DNA of 63,353 nt. Source: Octopus bimaculoides (taxonomy: Eukaryota). Every line of letters starts with the position of its first letter. Within the stretch, counting starts at the first letter, position 1. Where the stretch lies: contig NC_068981.1 of NCBI RefSeq assembly GCF_001194135.2, positions 18,944,132 through 19,007,484 on the forward strand. The letters run 5' to 3'. The translations under genes were made by a program, and so were the position numbers. Below are positions 23,530-35,917 of the stretch, in pieces. The notes beneath the pieces were generated by a model. It did no database searches. It worked only from the letters and a program-made list of their open reading frames with translations, and was not told where the DNA came from.

Positions 23530-23990
23530 AAAACGTAGACAAAATGAGAAACGAGAACATAAAAACAAAAACATAGAAAACGAACTTTTTCGAACAACGA
23601 AAGAAACAAACAGAGAAACGAGAGAGGCAACACAAAAAACATTCCTTTCAACAGTTGTCCCCTGTTTTATTTTCTCCGCGTTTCGAAGGTAGGGACAAGA
23701 CTGGACTTCGTTAAAACAGTCCTTCTCGCAAAGCAAATTAAATAAAATTTGGGATTTTTTTGCGGAGGGTGAAAATGGTAGCAAAAACAAGACAGTGAAA
23801 ATAGACGGTGAGGGCTGTTAAGCCAAGACAATGTGAAGTGGAGAACGCTGGAAAAACGAGCTCTGAGAAAAGACAGGTAAAATCACGTCTTGTCTTTAGG
23901 AAGGAAGTGGAAGAAAGAAAGATGGATAGCCGTTGGTCACTTGTGAGCAATGAGAGAGTCAAGGAGGAAGTGTGAGAAAGAGAGAGAGAG
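23530..23990 (-). mobile_element. Putative PLE 3'-terminal remnant
   Basis: Weak LGL(N)SP-like endonuclease end and degenerate hammerhead-like pieces (CGAAACGCG, CTGTTGA) on the minus strand. Confidence 0.3.
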
Positions 23991-25084
23991 AGAGAGAACG
24001 GTGAAGGGGAGAGGTGAACAATAGAGAAAGGGTGGGAGAGTGTATGTGTATATATGAAGCATTTTATACCCTGCTGTAATCAATGCACATACAAACACAC
24101 GCACATACATATCGGGAAGAGAGAGTTAATGTAAGGACACTGGCCAGTACTTAACTGGATCATTCTACATACTCAATACAAATATAGTAAGGAGTCTCCA
24201 CCCAAATTAATTGACATTACCCAAGCAATTGTTAGAATATGCTATGCTGACCAGATCTAATTAGAATCAACCACACCCAATACTTTCACGATTCGTTTTT
24301 CTTGAAGCGATCTACTTCCATATTACATTTACTCTATTCCATACACTTCAATTAATTGGTCTTACAGGAGTTATTCTCTTCTTTGCTTATTGTTTTAGAA
24401 TTCATGCACCTCTAAAGGGAGGTTTTGCCTTCTAATTGTAAGGAAATCTTAACTGATTGAAGCTTTCCCTCCCATTGTATTACATGTGTGAAACTCAGTT
24501 GTATTTGAAGTTAATATGTGAGAACTCTCCCCTTTAGTCCTTTCCTCAACTAATGTGAATATGTATGGATGCATGTGCATGTGTGCGTGTGCATGTGTGT
24601 ACGTGTACATGCATGTGTGATTGTCTTTGAAATTCACTATGTACATATCTAATGAACGATGCATATAAAAAGCTAATATAAAATAAATACATACTGAGAA
24701 AAAAATGGCTAATTTTGAACACAGGAAACAATTTTGGACATGTTCAGGTCTTATTCTTAACCTTCTTGTGCTAAACAAATCATATATACAAAATTGTGTG
24801 TATTTTGGCATAGAAAAATGCAGGGCAGTGCCAACAGAGCTAATAACTCCTTGGATTTCTTCCACTTTTTTCGTACTCAAGCCACATGGTTCCAAATATT
24901 TCTTTATCTCATGGCNNNNNNNNNNNNNNNNNNNNNNNNNNNNNNNNNNNNNNNNNNNNNNNNNNNNNNNNNNNNNNNNNNNNNNNNNNNNNNNNNNNNN
25001 NNNNNNNNNNNNNNNNNNNNNNNNNNNNNNNNNNNNNNNNNNNNNNNNNNNNNNNNNNNNNNNNNNNNNNNNNNNNNNNNNNNN

Positions 25085-25119
<35 letters not shown>

Positions 25120-25331
25120 CATACATACAAATACATACATATATATATATATGCATACATATATACATATATACACACTCACACACAAACACACATATTT
25201 ATTTATTTATTTATGTGTGTCAGCCAAGTGGCTGCGGTCATGCTGGTGCAAATAAAATATAAAATACTTCTTCATTCAATAAATGAAGCATAGTTATTAA
25301 AGCTTCATATAATTTAATTAGAAATTTCATA

Positions 25332-25515
25332 AAGACAGCGAGCTGGCAGAATCGTTAGCACGCCGGACAAAATGCTTAGCTGCATTTCGTCCGTCTTTAC
25401 GTTCTGAGCTGAAATTCCTCCGAGGTCTTCGTTACCTTTCATTCTTTCGGGGTCTGTAAAATGTCTACCCCTGAAATTGCTGGCCTTGTGTCAAAACTTC
25501 GATACCAATAATTAT
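25332..25515 (+). mobile_element. SINE A (A1 tail) with internal deletion
   Basis: Family match; 10-bp TSD AAATTTCATA at 25322-25331 and 25516-25525. Confidence 0.85.
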
Positions 25516-26099
25516 AAATTTCATAGTAATTTTGTCGCTTTTTAGAGAATGATTTTATTATTTTCCTCGTGCCCTTTGCTACATTTCACAGTATACTCCT
25601 ATACTGCAGCACCGCACTGTCTGGAAACCACAGCTGTAGCTATTGTAACGTTACCAGATCCACTCCAGACATAATTAGATAACCTAGGATACATAAACAA
25701 TTGCATCTATTGAACTCTCAGCATTTTATAGATTTCATTTCACTGAGTGCTCCCATGGGTTTACTAATGCACATCTATCGTAGCTAAAATCCTGCTTTCC
25801 TGTTAATCTGTGAGTGATTCCATTTGATTCTGTCACTACTAAAGCTCCCACAATACCAGCTTACGGCCACGACTACAACCACGACCGCACCACTATAGCT
25901 ATTACTAAAGCAACCTCTATAGACAGTGCATCTATACTATAGACAGCCACGTCTAAATTGATTACTTCATCCCTGCAGCCACCGTCGCACCAGTATTGCT
26001 ATTACTAAATTAAGTAGTACACCAAAATATCCAGTACGTATACGCTTAAGCCACTTCCACAGCTATGTCGCCTTTTGTAGCCGTCATTACAGATACCAT

Positions 26100-26970
26100 C
26101 TATTGCAAGTGAATTCCTGTTCGTGAATGACTGCGCTCTCAATACAAGTTCAGAGTGTGAGATGCAGTTGGATTTGAGCAGCTTCTCCTCTGCCTAGAAT
26201 GAGTTCATCATCACTATGAACATTAGAAAATAGAAATCATATACCAAACTCTACGCAAAGAATATGTGATGTCTATAATCGTAGTCAAGGATCAGATACT
26301 ACTGACTGCCGACAGATATGCATCCCTTGCTAGTAATCTCTCGATAGCTGTCCACATTCACGATGAAGATAACTGTAGAATTTCTAAGGTCATTATCAAT
26401 TGTAAATCTCGTAAGATTATCTGGGCGCAAAAGGGTTTCAGCCTCTATAGAGTCATTGTTCTGTCAGTTAAACATGGATAGTTTATAACAGGCTTACATA
26501 AAAACTTAATAGGTTGCACACGTACGTTGGCAAGACAAGGACCTAGGCTCTGAATTCCTCCATTGTACAGAGTGGCACAGTGTCTACACACAGCTGTCAG
26601 AGCCAGCTGCGCTGATCTGGTTACATTGTCGGAATATATGCTGAACAGCTTCCAAAACGTCTTTTTACAACAAGATGGTGGAAGAGAAGAGTTTATAGTC
26701 TGTGGACAACGCAGATATTTCAAGGATACTGTCAGTATTAATCCTGTGTCATGAAAGATCACAGCTGAAGGGAGATCTCCCTGGACCTTGCTGTCCCATG
26801 GCATCTGAGCTCGTCAGGGGTAAACATACTGAGCAAAAGAGTGACGTAGGGAAGCAGAGAAAGTCCAGGGGCAGCAGTGCGTTATCTAAGAAAAGGACCT
26901 GAGAGTTACTCCTAAATACAACCATCAATGGCATTATGGCCATTATCGACATAAATACTCACCTGAAGGA
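26100..26970 (+). mobile_element. Decayed RTE (BovB-like) LINE, RT 3' half and C-terminus
   Basis: EFLFVNDCALNTSSECEMQ (degenerate LLFADDC), LSIAVHIHDEDNCRISK, QLR*SGYIV...EQLPKRLF, GQRRYFKDTV. Confidence 0.8.
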
Positions 26971-27651
26971 AACAGGTATCATTACAGCTACCATTAAGTC
27001 CATTACTATATCTTCACAGCAGCTAAATTAAACATTGTACAATATTATCCACCACCTTTACTCTACAATTGTCATCAAATAACTCACAACATTCCTAAAG
27101 CTACTTTACACATGGTAGCCATCAGCTCTACACTACAGCCACTACTATCTCATTTCTGACTGGCACCTACCACACAGACTATAGCTACTATCATACTACA
27201 CCACTACAGCTGCTTACCACACTACGCTATACCTCTGTAGGCCTACCACACAACTACGGTCACTACCACACTGCTGCACTCACTAACGCACCACACCACT
27301 ACAACTCCTACTACACCACACATCAACAGTCATTACCATATTATCACACGACTTCCTCTAGCACAGCCACTAGGACCGCCTTTAGAGACATACTTCAAAC
27401 ATCTAGCTCCCAAATAGGGTGATTGTGTGTCTGTATTCCTTCAATATCTGTGATATTTCACACAATTTGATGTTTCTATTGCAATACTATTCTACCATTT
27501 ACAGTCTCATTGTAAACAGGCGCCCCAACAGGTTACTTGAACTGCTAGAAATAACCACATCTACCAAAAATCTTTGCTAATGTGGTGTTGTCTGGTCAAC
27601 AGCATCTAGGTCAAAAGAGAGTATTACCTTAAGTGGATCAGAATTAACCTG

Positions 27652-28246
27652 AGATCTTTTTTAAAACGGGGGCCACATTTTTCATTAACGAAACACTTTG
27701 AAACTTGGAACACTGGTAGAATGTGTCATATAAAACATCTTTTTCTCTTAGTCTTCTTAAAAAAAAAAGAAATCCCGAAGTTATTCCATGTTAAAGTTGT
27801 CGTATTTCTGTAATTTCAACCAATCACTGACGTCCATTCAGCCGATATACATTAAGTGCCGACTACATAAACAAACGATTCTGAAACAATTCTATCGGTG
27901 ATAGGGTAAGGGTTAGGGTTAAGGTTAGGGTTAGGGTAAAACAGCAAATTTAAAAAGAAAAAAGCAAAACGAAGCTATGGAAATTAAATACGCTTTACAC
28001 CGCTTAATCAGCCAAAGGAGTAAATATAAACAACNNNNNNNNNNTAAACAACTGAATACTTGTCAGTGATTGGTTGAAATTATCGAAATAAGACAATTTT
28101 TTACATGAAATAAATTCGAATACAAAAATATTTTTCAGTTCTATAACACAAAATAGATAAGTATACGAAGTTTGAAAGTCTTTCGGTACCAAAAACACTA
28201 CGTAAAACATTAATGAAAAATGTGGCCCCCGTTTTAAAAAAGATCC
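27652..28246. mobile_element. Non-autonomous DNA transposon (MULE-like) with long imperfect TIRs and internal TTAGGG repeats
   Basis: 36-bp perfect TIR at 27653-27688 / 28210-28245; 8-bp TSD TTAACCTG at 27644-27651 / 28247-28254; inner 21-bp inverted repeat at 27811-27831 / 28062-28082. Confidence 0.85.
27902..27937 (+). repeat. Short interstitial telomere-like (TTAGGG)n
   Basis: TAGGGTAAGGGTTAGGGTTAAGGTTAGGGTTAGGG inside the MULE-like element. Confidence 0.85.
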
Positions 28247-29928
28247 TTAACCTGGAATTAAATAATAGCAGTAGCAGCAGCAGTAGTAGTAGTAGTAGTA
28301 GTTATTGTAACTGCTGGGTTACGTCTATCTCAGCAAGGTAACTGACCAGTAACTTCCCATTGCAAGACAGGTAACGAAGTTGCTCCGAGAGTAGAAGATA
28401 TTCAATTTGGATCCCTGTCATACTAATCAGTTTATGATTTTGTTAATAATTAATGTTTATAGTGTCTAATATCATTTTACATACATAATATCATCCTTCA
28501 CAAAATCCTGCTTCCATAACAAAACTTTGGATTTAGTTGATGCAAATCTATGATTCCATATTTAAATATCTTTCATTTTATATCTATTTATTTTGGTTTT
28601 ATGCTCAATGACATTCCAATACCAATGAAAGACTGATTCACTGACATACATTAAAAACCATTGTAACTAGAAAAGACTATAGTGATCCAGATATCATCTC
28701 AGTTCTAAACAATTAAAAGTCTTCGAATTCTATTTTCCTCCATTTTTTTCTTTTTTCGAAAGTAATATTTCTCACACAATAAAAGCATGGTACCACGGTA
28801 ATAAAATGTAATGTCACAGAACTCTTTCTTCTTAATCACTATATTTCCTTTCAAGCCATTTCCTTTACATTTTTGCAGCGACACACAAACTGAACATTAA
28901 ATTTGCAGAAGATCTCTTGCACAAAACATTTCGTCTCTTCTTAGTTCTTAGCAGGAAACTTTTTGTTCAGAAGGAAAGGATTTCAAAAAGACTTTCTCAA
29001 AATTTCTCTAGACGTTTTATTGTTATTTTATTCTATTTTTTTATATTTTTGTCCAATAAAACATAAATCGGTTGAAATATAATCAATATAAGCAGTTAAA
29101 TAAGCTTTTCTATATATAAAAAAAAATAGTGGTTATTTAAAGTTCAGTCAAGGTTTACTTCTATTTACCCTCACAGATGTTGCCGAAGAAAGTATTTGAT
29201 TGATACATCTTCCTATTTTGAGAACTATTGATCAACTGAATATTTCTCTGCTTCTCATCTTAAGAGGACAGACCAATCCTCATGCAGTGTTTGAATAAAC
29301 TTCAAACGATTTTACTGTCTGCACTAGGGGCTGCCCTAAATTGAAGTAACTGTAAACATTATTGACTGGAATAAAAGATTAACCTTTACATACATCTTTG
29401 ATGCTCAATAAAAAGTAGTCAATGACCACAGAAATAAAAAAAAAACAATCCCTATGGATAAGTAAATGAATAAATAACTATTAATACTTTTACATATATG
29501 TAATAATCAAATAATAAAATTTCATCTCATCACAAAACTTGAAGTCATTACCGACAGGGTCTTAGTCCGAATAGGACTGTGGTTTAGGAGGGGTGGCCAC
29601 AGACAAAAATAGTTGATTTGTTGCTCTGAGGCCATGAGAAAAACAACCAATGTCGATCCTATTCAAGAGAAAAATATTTTCTGTGAATTTAACATCTGAA
29701 AGATTTTCCGCATGTTAAGACAACAGTGAATAAAGTTCAAATTTTCCAGGTACAAGCCCTTTAAGAGAGATACCGAACAGGGAGCTATATGAGAGGACTA
29801 GAATTTGCCATAGAAATATTCACTGAACCAATCAAACAAACTTGGCAACATATTCACCATTATTTTTCAATGGAATATTTATATTCCTCTATCATGCATC
29901 AACCCTCTTTTACAATGAAAATGTTCAT

Positions 29929-30127
29929 ACAATTTTACCACTTTTATCACATGCTATCTTATCATACTTCATCTCACACTCTTACCACACAATTTCGCTT
30001 ACTATATACAGTCTTATTTCACAATTTTACCACAAGATTTTATCACATGCTATCTTATCATAGTTCATCTCACACTCTTACCACAAAGTTTCACTTACTA
30101 TATACAATCTCATTTCACAATTTTACC
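29929..30127. repeat. ~95-bp tandem repeat, ~2.1 copies
   Basis: ACAATTTTACC recurs at 29929, 30021 and 30117 with similar intervening sequence. Confidence 0.85.
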
Positions 30128-30479
30128 GCGGAATTTTTACTATATAATTTAATTTTACTACATAGTTATATCAAGTTATATCACAGAATTTAACCGCGCA
30201 GTTTCAGTTTGCAGTCTTATCACAAACATTTAATACATATTTTTACTACCACCCTCACCATCACCATCATCATGATGATCATCATCATCACATATATACA
30301 AATTGTTTGTGGACTGCATAACGGTATTTTGTAACGAGCTCTTACATAATGATTGCTAGTACTGGCCAAATCAACTTTACCTTTCATCCTAATTCTGATG
30401 GAATAACCAAATATTGGGCCAATATAATTGAATAAAGCTTTAGAACATGGTCACAGTCTAGTGACAGAAACTAGGAAAA

Positions 30480-31960
30480 AAGTAAAGGAATATGTATTAT
30501 GGAGAAATCTGACAAATTTCTTCACAGCAAAAATAATCGCTAGAGTTTCTTTCTCTAATTGACTGTAGTTTTTTTTCTGCTGCACACAGAGCACGTGAGG
30601 TATGAATTACTGCATCCATATTACGGTCTCTATAACTGTGCACCTACACCGTATTTAGAATCGTCAGAAGCTACAACAATATCCACAGCGGGATCGAAAT
30701 GAACCAGCGACAAATCCGAAATTAATAATTTTTTAATATCATGAAACATCTTTTGGCAGATATTTAAGCAATTCCATTCGGCGTCTTTCTTTAGCAATGG
30801 TATGTAATTTTGATAATAGTTCGCTAGGCCAAGAAAAGCTTGTAATGTCGCTATATTAGTTGGGGGAGGCATATTTTTAATTGCGTCTTCCCTCGACCGT
30901 TCAGGTCGTATTCCATTTTTATTTACAATTTTTCCTAAATATTTAATTTTAGGCAAAAAGAATTCACATTTCTCATCACTGAGTGTGAAACCGTAATCTC
31001 TTATTTTTTGAAAAACACCCTTCACATGTTTGATATGCTGATCACGAGATTCACTTTTAATTAATACATCATCGCAGTACGGAACTGCAAATTTACAGTC
31101 TGCCAACATCGCATCCATAACCTATTGAAATATTGCAGATGCGACCTTCAGACCAAATGGCAATCTATTATATTTGTATACTCCTCTGTGCGCATTCACT
31201 GTTAGAAGCTTCAAACATTCCTCGTCTACTTTAATTTGTAGATAAGCATCAGACAGATCCAGTTTTGAAAATATTTTGCCACACTTTAATTTTGCAAAAA
31301 TATCCTCCGGAGTAGGCAGTAGATAGTGGCATATTTTTAGGCAGTCATTCAAACCAGTAGAAAAATCGGCACACACTCTGATTTTGTTATTTTTTTAAAT
31401 ACACACTGTGGTGCTGCCCACTTTTTAAATAATTCCCAATTTCCCCAGTCTGTCTAATTCTTCCCCTACCTGCTTTATCGCAGCGAATAGTACCTTTCTA
31501 TTAGGTCTGAATACAGGTACGACGTTTTTCTTCATTTGAAAACAGGCCTCAGTCTTAGAACAAGGACCTAATTTATCCGACTGCACTTCATGAAACAAGT
31601 TTTTAAATTTTTTTATTCAATTCAGCTGCTAAGTTATTTCACTGGTGGAGCAGCTATTTAATTTTTTTTACAGAAACAGACTTATGGGGAGGTCCCATAA
31701 ATCAAACAACTCCAACCAGTCCGTACCAAACAGATTGGTTGGGTTTTTTAACACGAAAACTTTTACTCTACAAGTGATATCACTCCACATTTCGCCTACG
31801 AAGTATAGTTTTTCACCTGTCACGCATTCATGTTTTTCGTAACGTAGGTTTCCAAATTCGTATCCAGAGATGCCGCTACCAGTATCTAGTTGTAATTTAG
31901 TATCGAGATGCCGCTACCAGTATCTAGTTGTAATTTAGTATTCACTTCATTTATTTTCAC
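30480..31960 (-). pseudogene. pol: Gypsy pol pseudogene (protease, RT, RNase H)
   Basis: KLQLDTGS; CADFSTGLND...FSKLDLSDAYLQI...RLPFGLKVASAIFQ; YCDDVLI; ASDDSKYGVGA; NYSQLEKETLAIIFAVKKF. Confidence 0.9.
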
Positions 31961-32049
31961 ATGTACAAATTTCCTCTTTTTGGTTGCTTCTACTTTCCGT
32001 TGGGAAAACTTTAGAATTTTTCATGTACGACCTTCCTAACTTTGCTCTG

Positions 32050-33086
32050 CAATGTGAGCTCCTGTATCTTACTTTTTGGCAACAGTAACATTTTTACGTT
32101 TTGAAAGGATAATCCTTCCTGAAATGTAGGGCTCCACATCTGTAGCATGGGCTTGGTCGTGACATTTTTTTGTTTATACCTTCCTAGTCTGCACGCTTGT
32201 ACTTGTGAAAACTCCTTCTCTTCAATTTTCTTTCCGACCTAACGTAAGTTTACCGTTCTTCGACACTCCTCTGCAACCGTCCGCAGGGTTGAACTTTGGT
32301 CCACTTGTTCAAGTTCTGTGAGAATTCTTGCACGTATGTCCACATCTTTGTTTGCCGTAAGTCCTTGTACAAAAATGAGGCACTTAAACATATCAGGAAT
32401 TAGTTCCTTCAGTTTAAACCTTTCGTACATTTGGTTTACGGTCCCGGCATACGTGACAAAGTCTTCATCCTCCCTTTTAGCTAGATTCCAACATTCCTAT
32501 CAAGTGTTGAATAGGGAACTCATATCACTGAATATTTCCGATAGTAGTTCGATTGTTTCCTGGAAACGAATTTCACTAGGTTTTTGGGGTAGTATGAAAT
32601 TACAATATGTTTCATATTCAGCCGGCGCTAATTTACGTAATAATAGTCTTACTTTTCCCTTGTCCGTCCACGACTTGCAATCTTCCTTGCACATTTCTTC
32701 GTACCTTCTAAAGCACGCTGCAAACGTTATACCCTCCTCTGGGTCATAACTGACTTCTGTTATAGAGTTCGATACGCCGTCTGGCGAAAACGAACTTATA
32801 GCGTTTTCTGACTTCTTTATTAGTTCCAGCAACTGCTGTTCGACTCTTGGGTACTGTTGATCGACTCTTGAGTACTGTTGATCGACTCTTGGGTACTATT
32901 GTTCGACTCTTGAGTACTGTCGTTCGACTCTTGTGTACTATTGTTCGACTCTTGAGTACTGTTGTTCGACTCTGGAGTACTGTTGCTCAACTCTTGAATT
33001 CTGTTGTTCGAGTCTTTCTGCTGTTGCTGTTGCTGTTATTGCTGTTGCTTTTGCGACTGAATTATAGAACTTAACAGGACTTCCAT
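32050..33086 (-). pseudogene. gag: Gypsy gag pseudogene
   Basis: ATG at 33086; (QQYSRVE)n; YDPEEGITF..FRRYEE...KVRLLLRKL...FKCLIFVQGL; knuckle CYRCGALHFRKDY followed by CYCCQKVRYRSSHC. Confidence 0.85.
32838..33015. repeat. 21-bp minisatellite, 8.5 copies, within gag
   Basis: Unit GTTCGACTCTTGAGTACTGTT with variants. Confidence 0.95.
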
Positions 33087-33779
33087 AATTAACAACTTTG
33101 TTTCACAAAAATTTATTAACTGACCTGTATTAGCTTTGAATTCTTATCGCCAATTATTGTAACGTAGTTACTCTTCGCCAATTATTGTAGTATCGCCACT
33201 ATTTATGACGACACTTGTTTACACAATAATCATGTAGTAACAATAAAAATATATAACGAAGCAGGGTAACAACAAGGTAACAGTCCAACAAGCTCTCCAC
33301 GAACCATACATGAACCGACAAACGATATTCCGACAAACGACCAAAACGACACCTTACGACTTCCTGCGATTAATCCTACTCATCCTCTCTCACTCAGACC
33401 GTTACTATTTTTAGTCGTTTGGTGAAGTTTATTCTCGCAGAGGGTGTTATGACTCTTGTCACAACATATACAATACACGCAAATACACACTCACCCACAC
33501 GCCAACCGTGCGCACTATTGCACATTTACTAAGTGCTTCTTCCATCGCTACTTTAGCAAGTTCGGTGACGTCTGTGCTTCACTACTGAGATTACAAGACC
33601 GAAATTTATGGGAATTATCTCCACATATACGTCCCTAAATAACTAATATCCTTATTAGTCAATGACCAATATCATTTTTCCCGCCGTATAATTATTTCCA
33701 TTTAGCTTTTTACTGAACTCCTCTTTAAATATATTAGCACTCGATTAATTATAGTTTTAGTTCTTTATGTTTTCGGTAT

Positions 33780-34700
33780 ATTAACGACAGATATATTCAA
33801 AGAATTTAACCTAACAGTTACAATCACAACAAGCCTTAAGATTATTGCTGTAGAAAAGAAAACAACAGCAACAACAAAACAACTGAACAGAAAAGTCGTG
33901 AAGAAAGACTCCAACCACTCTCCCACAATCAGAGAAAAACATAGTAGACAATATAAGTACAAGGATATCAAACCTGACGAGGAAAAATTCAGCAAAATCA
34001 TTTCCATTACAGGTCTGTACTATCAAGAAAAATACATCTACGTGTCTATTTTATAGAAAGTGTTTATCGAAGATGCTTATATAGAAAGCGGCAGTAGCGG
34101 TGGAGAATATTGCAGTGACCTTCAGAAGGTTAACAGGAAATGCTTTTAACTGGATATACACAGCATATGCATTCTTTTAAATACTGGACAGGAATCGTCA
34201 GAAAACCTCTGCCTCAATAAATATAGAAAGTTAAAGGTAGGGTACATATTTCTTTTATAGAGTGAAGTGTCGTCTAGAAAGCCATGCTATACGTAAACAG
34301 TGCATACTGGTACAATCTGCGAATTTAGACGGTTTCTTACTTTAATAGCAACAGTCGATCAAACAAAACATTTGTCACATATCCCCATAGAAATAAATAT
34401 CTCGTGAAAGAATCTGAAGCGTCAAGAAAACGTTGAATCTAAATTTTAATTTTCTGCCGAGAATAATCTTCCTTTACCCCGAGCAACTTTTGAATAATAG
34501 TCTTTCTTACTAACAAAGAGTTCTTCACCCAGTGACTTCTCTAACACATATGAAAGTTGTAAACAACTATAGCACCTCATGACTTGGGGTGTTCAATGAA
34601 AACAACGTATAGACCATAGTGTAGAGTTATCAGACATAGCTCAACCCACCTTTCGCTTTTGGCATTTGAAGAATTACATCCACAGATACATACGTATCCA
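33780..34700 (+). mobile_element. Decayed Penelope-like element of a second lineage (RT C-terminal part to GIY-YIG)
   Basis: IFKEFNLTVTITTSLKII; DSNHSPTI; KNIVDNISTRISNL; YWYN; KQRI.DH...FWHLK. Many frameshifts. Confidence 0.5.
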
Positions 34701-35379
34701 CCCTATTGGCTAAGATCAAAATGTGTATGTGCGTGTGCGTATATANNNNNNNNNNNNNNNNNNNNNNNNNNNNNNNNNNNNNNNNNNNNNNNNNNNNNNN
34801 NNNNNNNNNNNNNNNNNNNNNNNNNNNNNNNNNNNNNNNNNNNNNNNNNNNNNNNNNNNNNNNNNNNNNNNNNNNNNNNNNNNNNNNNTATATATATGTC
34901 TAAAGTTGCCTCCTACTTTATTTTATCGACAAGCTGAAAAATAAAAAAGCAAAAATTGACATTGATAGAGATAATGGATGGACCAACTAGGTACTGTAAA
35001 ATTTTTGTTCGACGCGCCTTGGACTGGTAATTGTATTATCCTCCGCGAAAGGGTGAAAAGCAAAATTGACTGGCATTCGAACTAAGAGCGCAAGGGAGTC
35101 TGATTATACAGAACAAAGAAATCTATCCGACACTCAACTGATTTTTTCTAATTGCCGCCACTAATTAATTCAATCAAAATATATACTACCTACTAAATAC
35201 ACCCTTCAAACTAATTAACAATATATTATTTGCAGTCAGTCATCGCGACTTTGGTTGTTCACAGCTTTGGCATGAATTCATAAACTTTCTCCATACTGGT
35301 CGATTTTTCGCTTGAAGTTTGCCATTCATTATGATCAATTCCTTTCCATTTCATATTCCTTTTTCGAAGCATCTTTGAA

Positions 35380-35916
35380 TCTCAGCCTACGTCTTCCATG
35401 GTTTCATTCCTCCTTGAATAGTTGGGAGTAAAGGAGTTGCGTGGGCAATCTGATCTTGTCCATCTTATGTATATATCGCAACCAACGTAAATTTCTATGA
35501 AGAAGGATTTCCAGCATAGGAGACGGACCGGCATGCCGGAAGAACTCTCCATTCCTGATCTTGTCAAACAGAGAGATATTCATTAATCTGTCGCAGCTGT
35601 CTCGTCCATATATGCATGTAACTTTTTCTACTTGAGAGTTGTAGATTGTCCAGGTTTCAGCAGCATACAACAGGGAAGAAAACCTTACATTTGACACAAA
35701 GAAACATGCCTATTATCCCACAACCTTTCCTGCAGTCTGCCAAAGGAAGCACTAGAACTGCTCATTCTGTATGTGATTTCCTGGTCTAGTCGTGCATTAT
35801 CTGATACGGTGCTGCCTACGTATTTGATTGCTTTGCGCTGGATCAGCCCGTCATTTCTAATAGTGATGTTTTCGTCTGTTATAGAGGCAGGTATGTTCTC
35901 CACAGGTTGGTAAAAA
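35380..35916 (-). mobile_element. Decayed RTE-clade LINE fragment (post-RT region)
   Basis: IKYVGSTVSDNARLDQEITYRMSSSSASFGRLQERLW; SSLLYAAETWTIY; NLRWLRYIHKMDKIRLPTQLLYSQL. Confidence 0.85.
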
Positions 35917-35917
35917 C

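Larger units (their letters stand above)
30480..33466 (-). mobile_element. 3'-truncated Ty3/Gypsy LTR retrotransposon (5' LTR, PBS, gag, protease, RT, RNase H; no integrase)
   Basis: LTR starts TGTTGTGAC at 33466 and ends TACAATA-AT-TGGCGA (PBS). The internal region carries gag, CCHC knuckles, LDTGS, YCDD and RNase H motifs in Gypsy order. Confidence 0.85.

Noticed and set aside
23418-23533. ~50-bp direct repeat around a 10-N gap (smaller cases at 1525-1550 and 28027-28052)
   Set aside because: Identical sequence on both sides of a fixed-size gap indicates unmerged contig overlap.
24700-24915. Minus-strand open stretch HEIKKYLEPCGLSTKKVEEIQGVISSVG
   Set aside because: No recognised homology, no convincing splice donor, and it begins at a gap.
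27902-27937. Chromosome end or healed break
   Set aside because: Only ~6 degenerate units, located inside a TIR element with an intact TSD.
28860-29000. Cys-rich KRRNVLCKR...LCV on the minus strand, like a piggyBac C-terminal domain
   Set aside because: Needs several frameshifts and has no adjoining transposase motifs.
32838-33015. CRISPR-like appearance of the regular repeats
   Set aside because: Head-to-tail 21-mers with no spacers, inside a eukaryotic gag.
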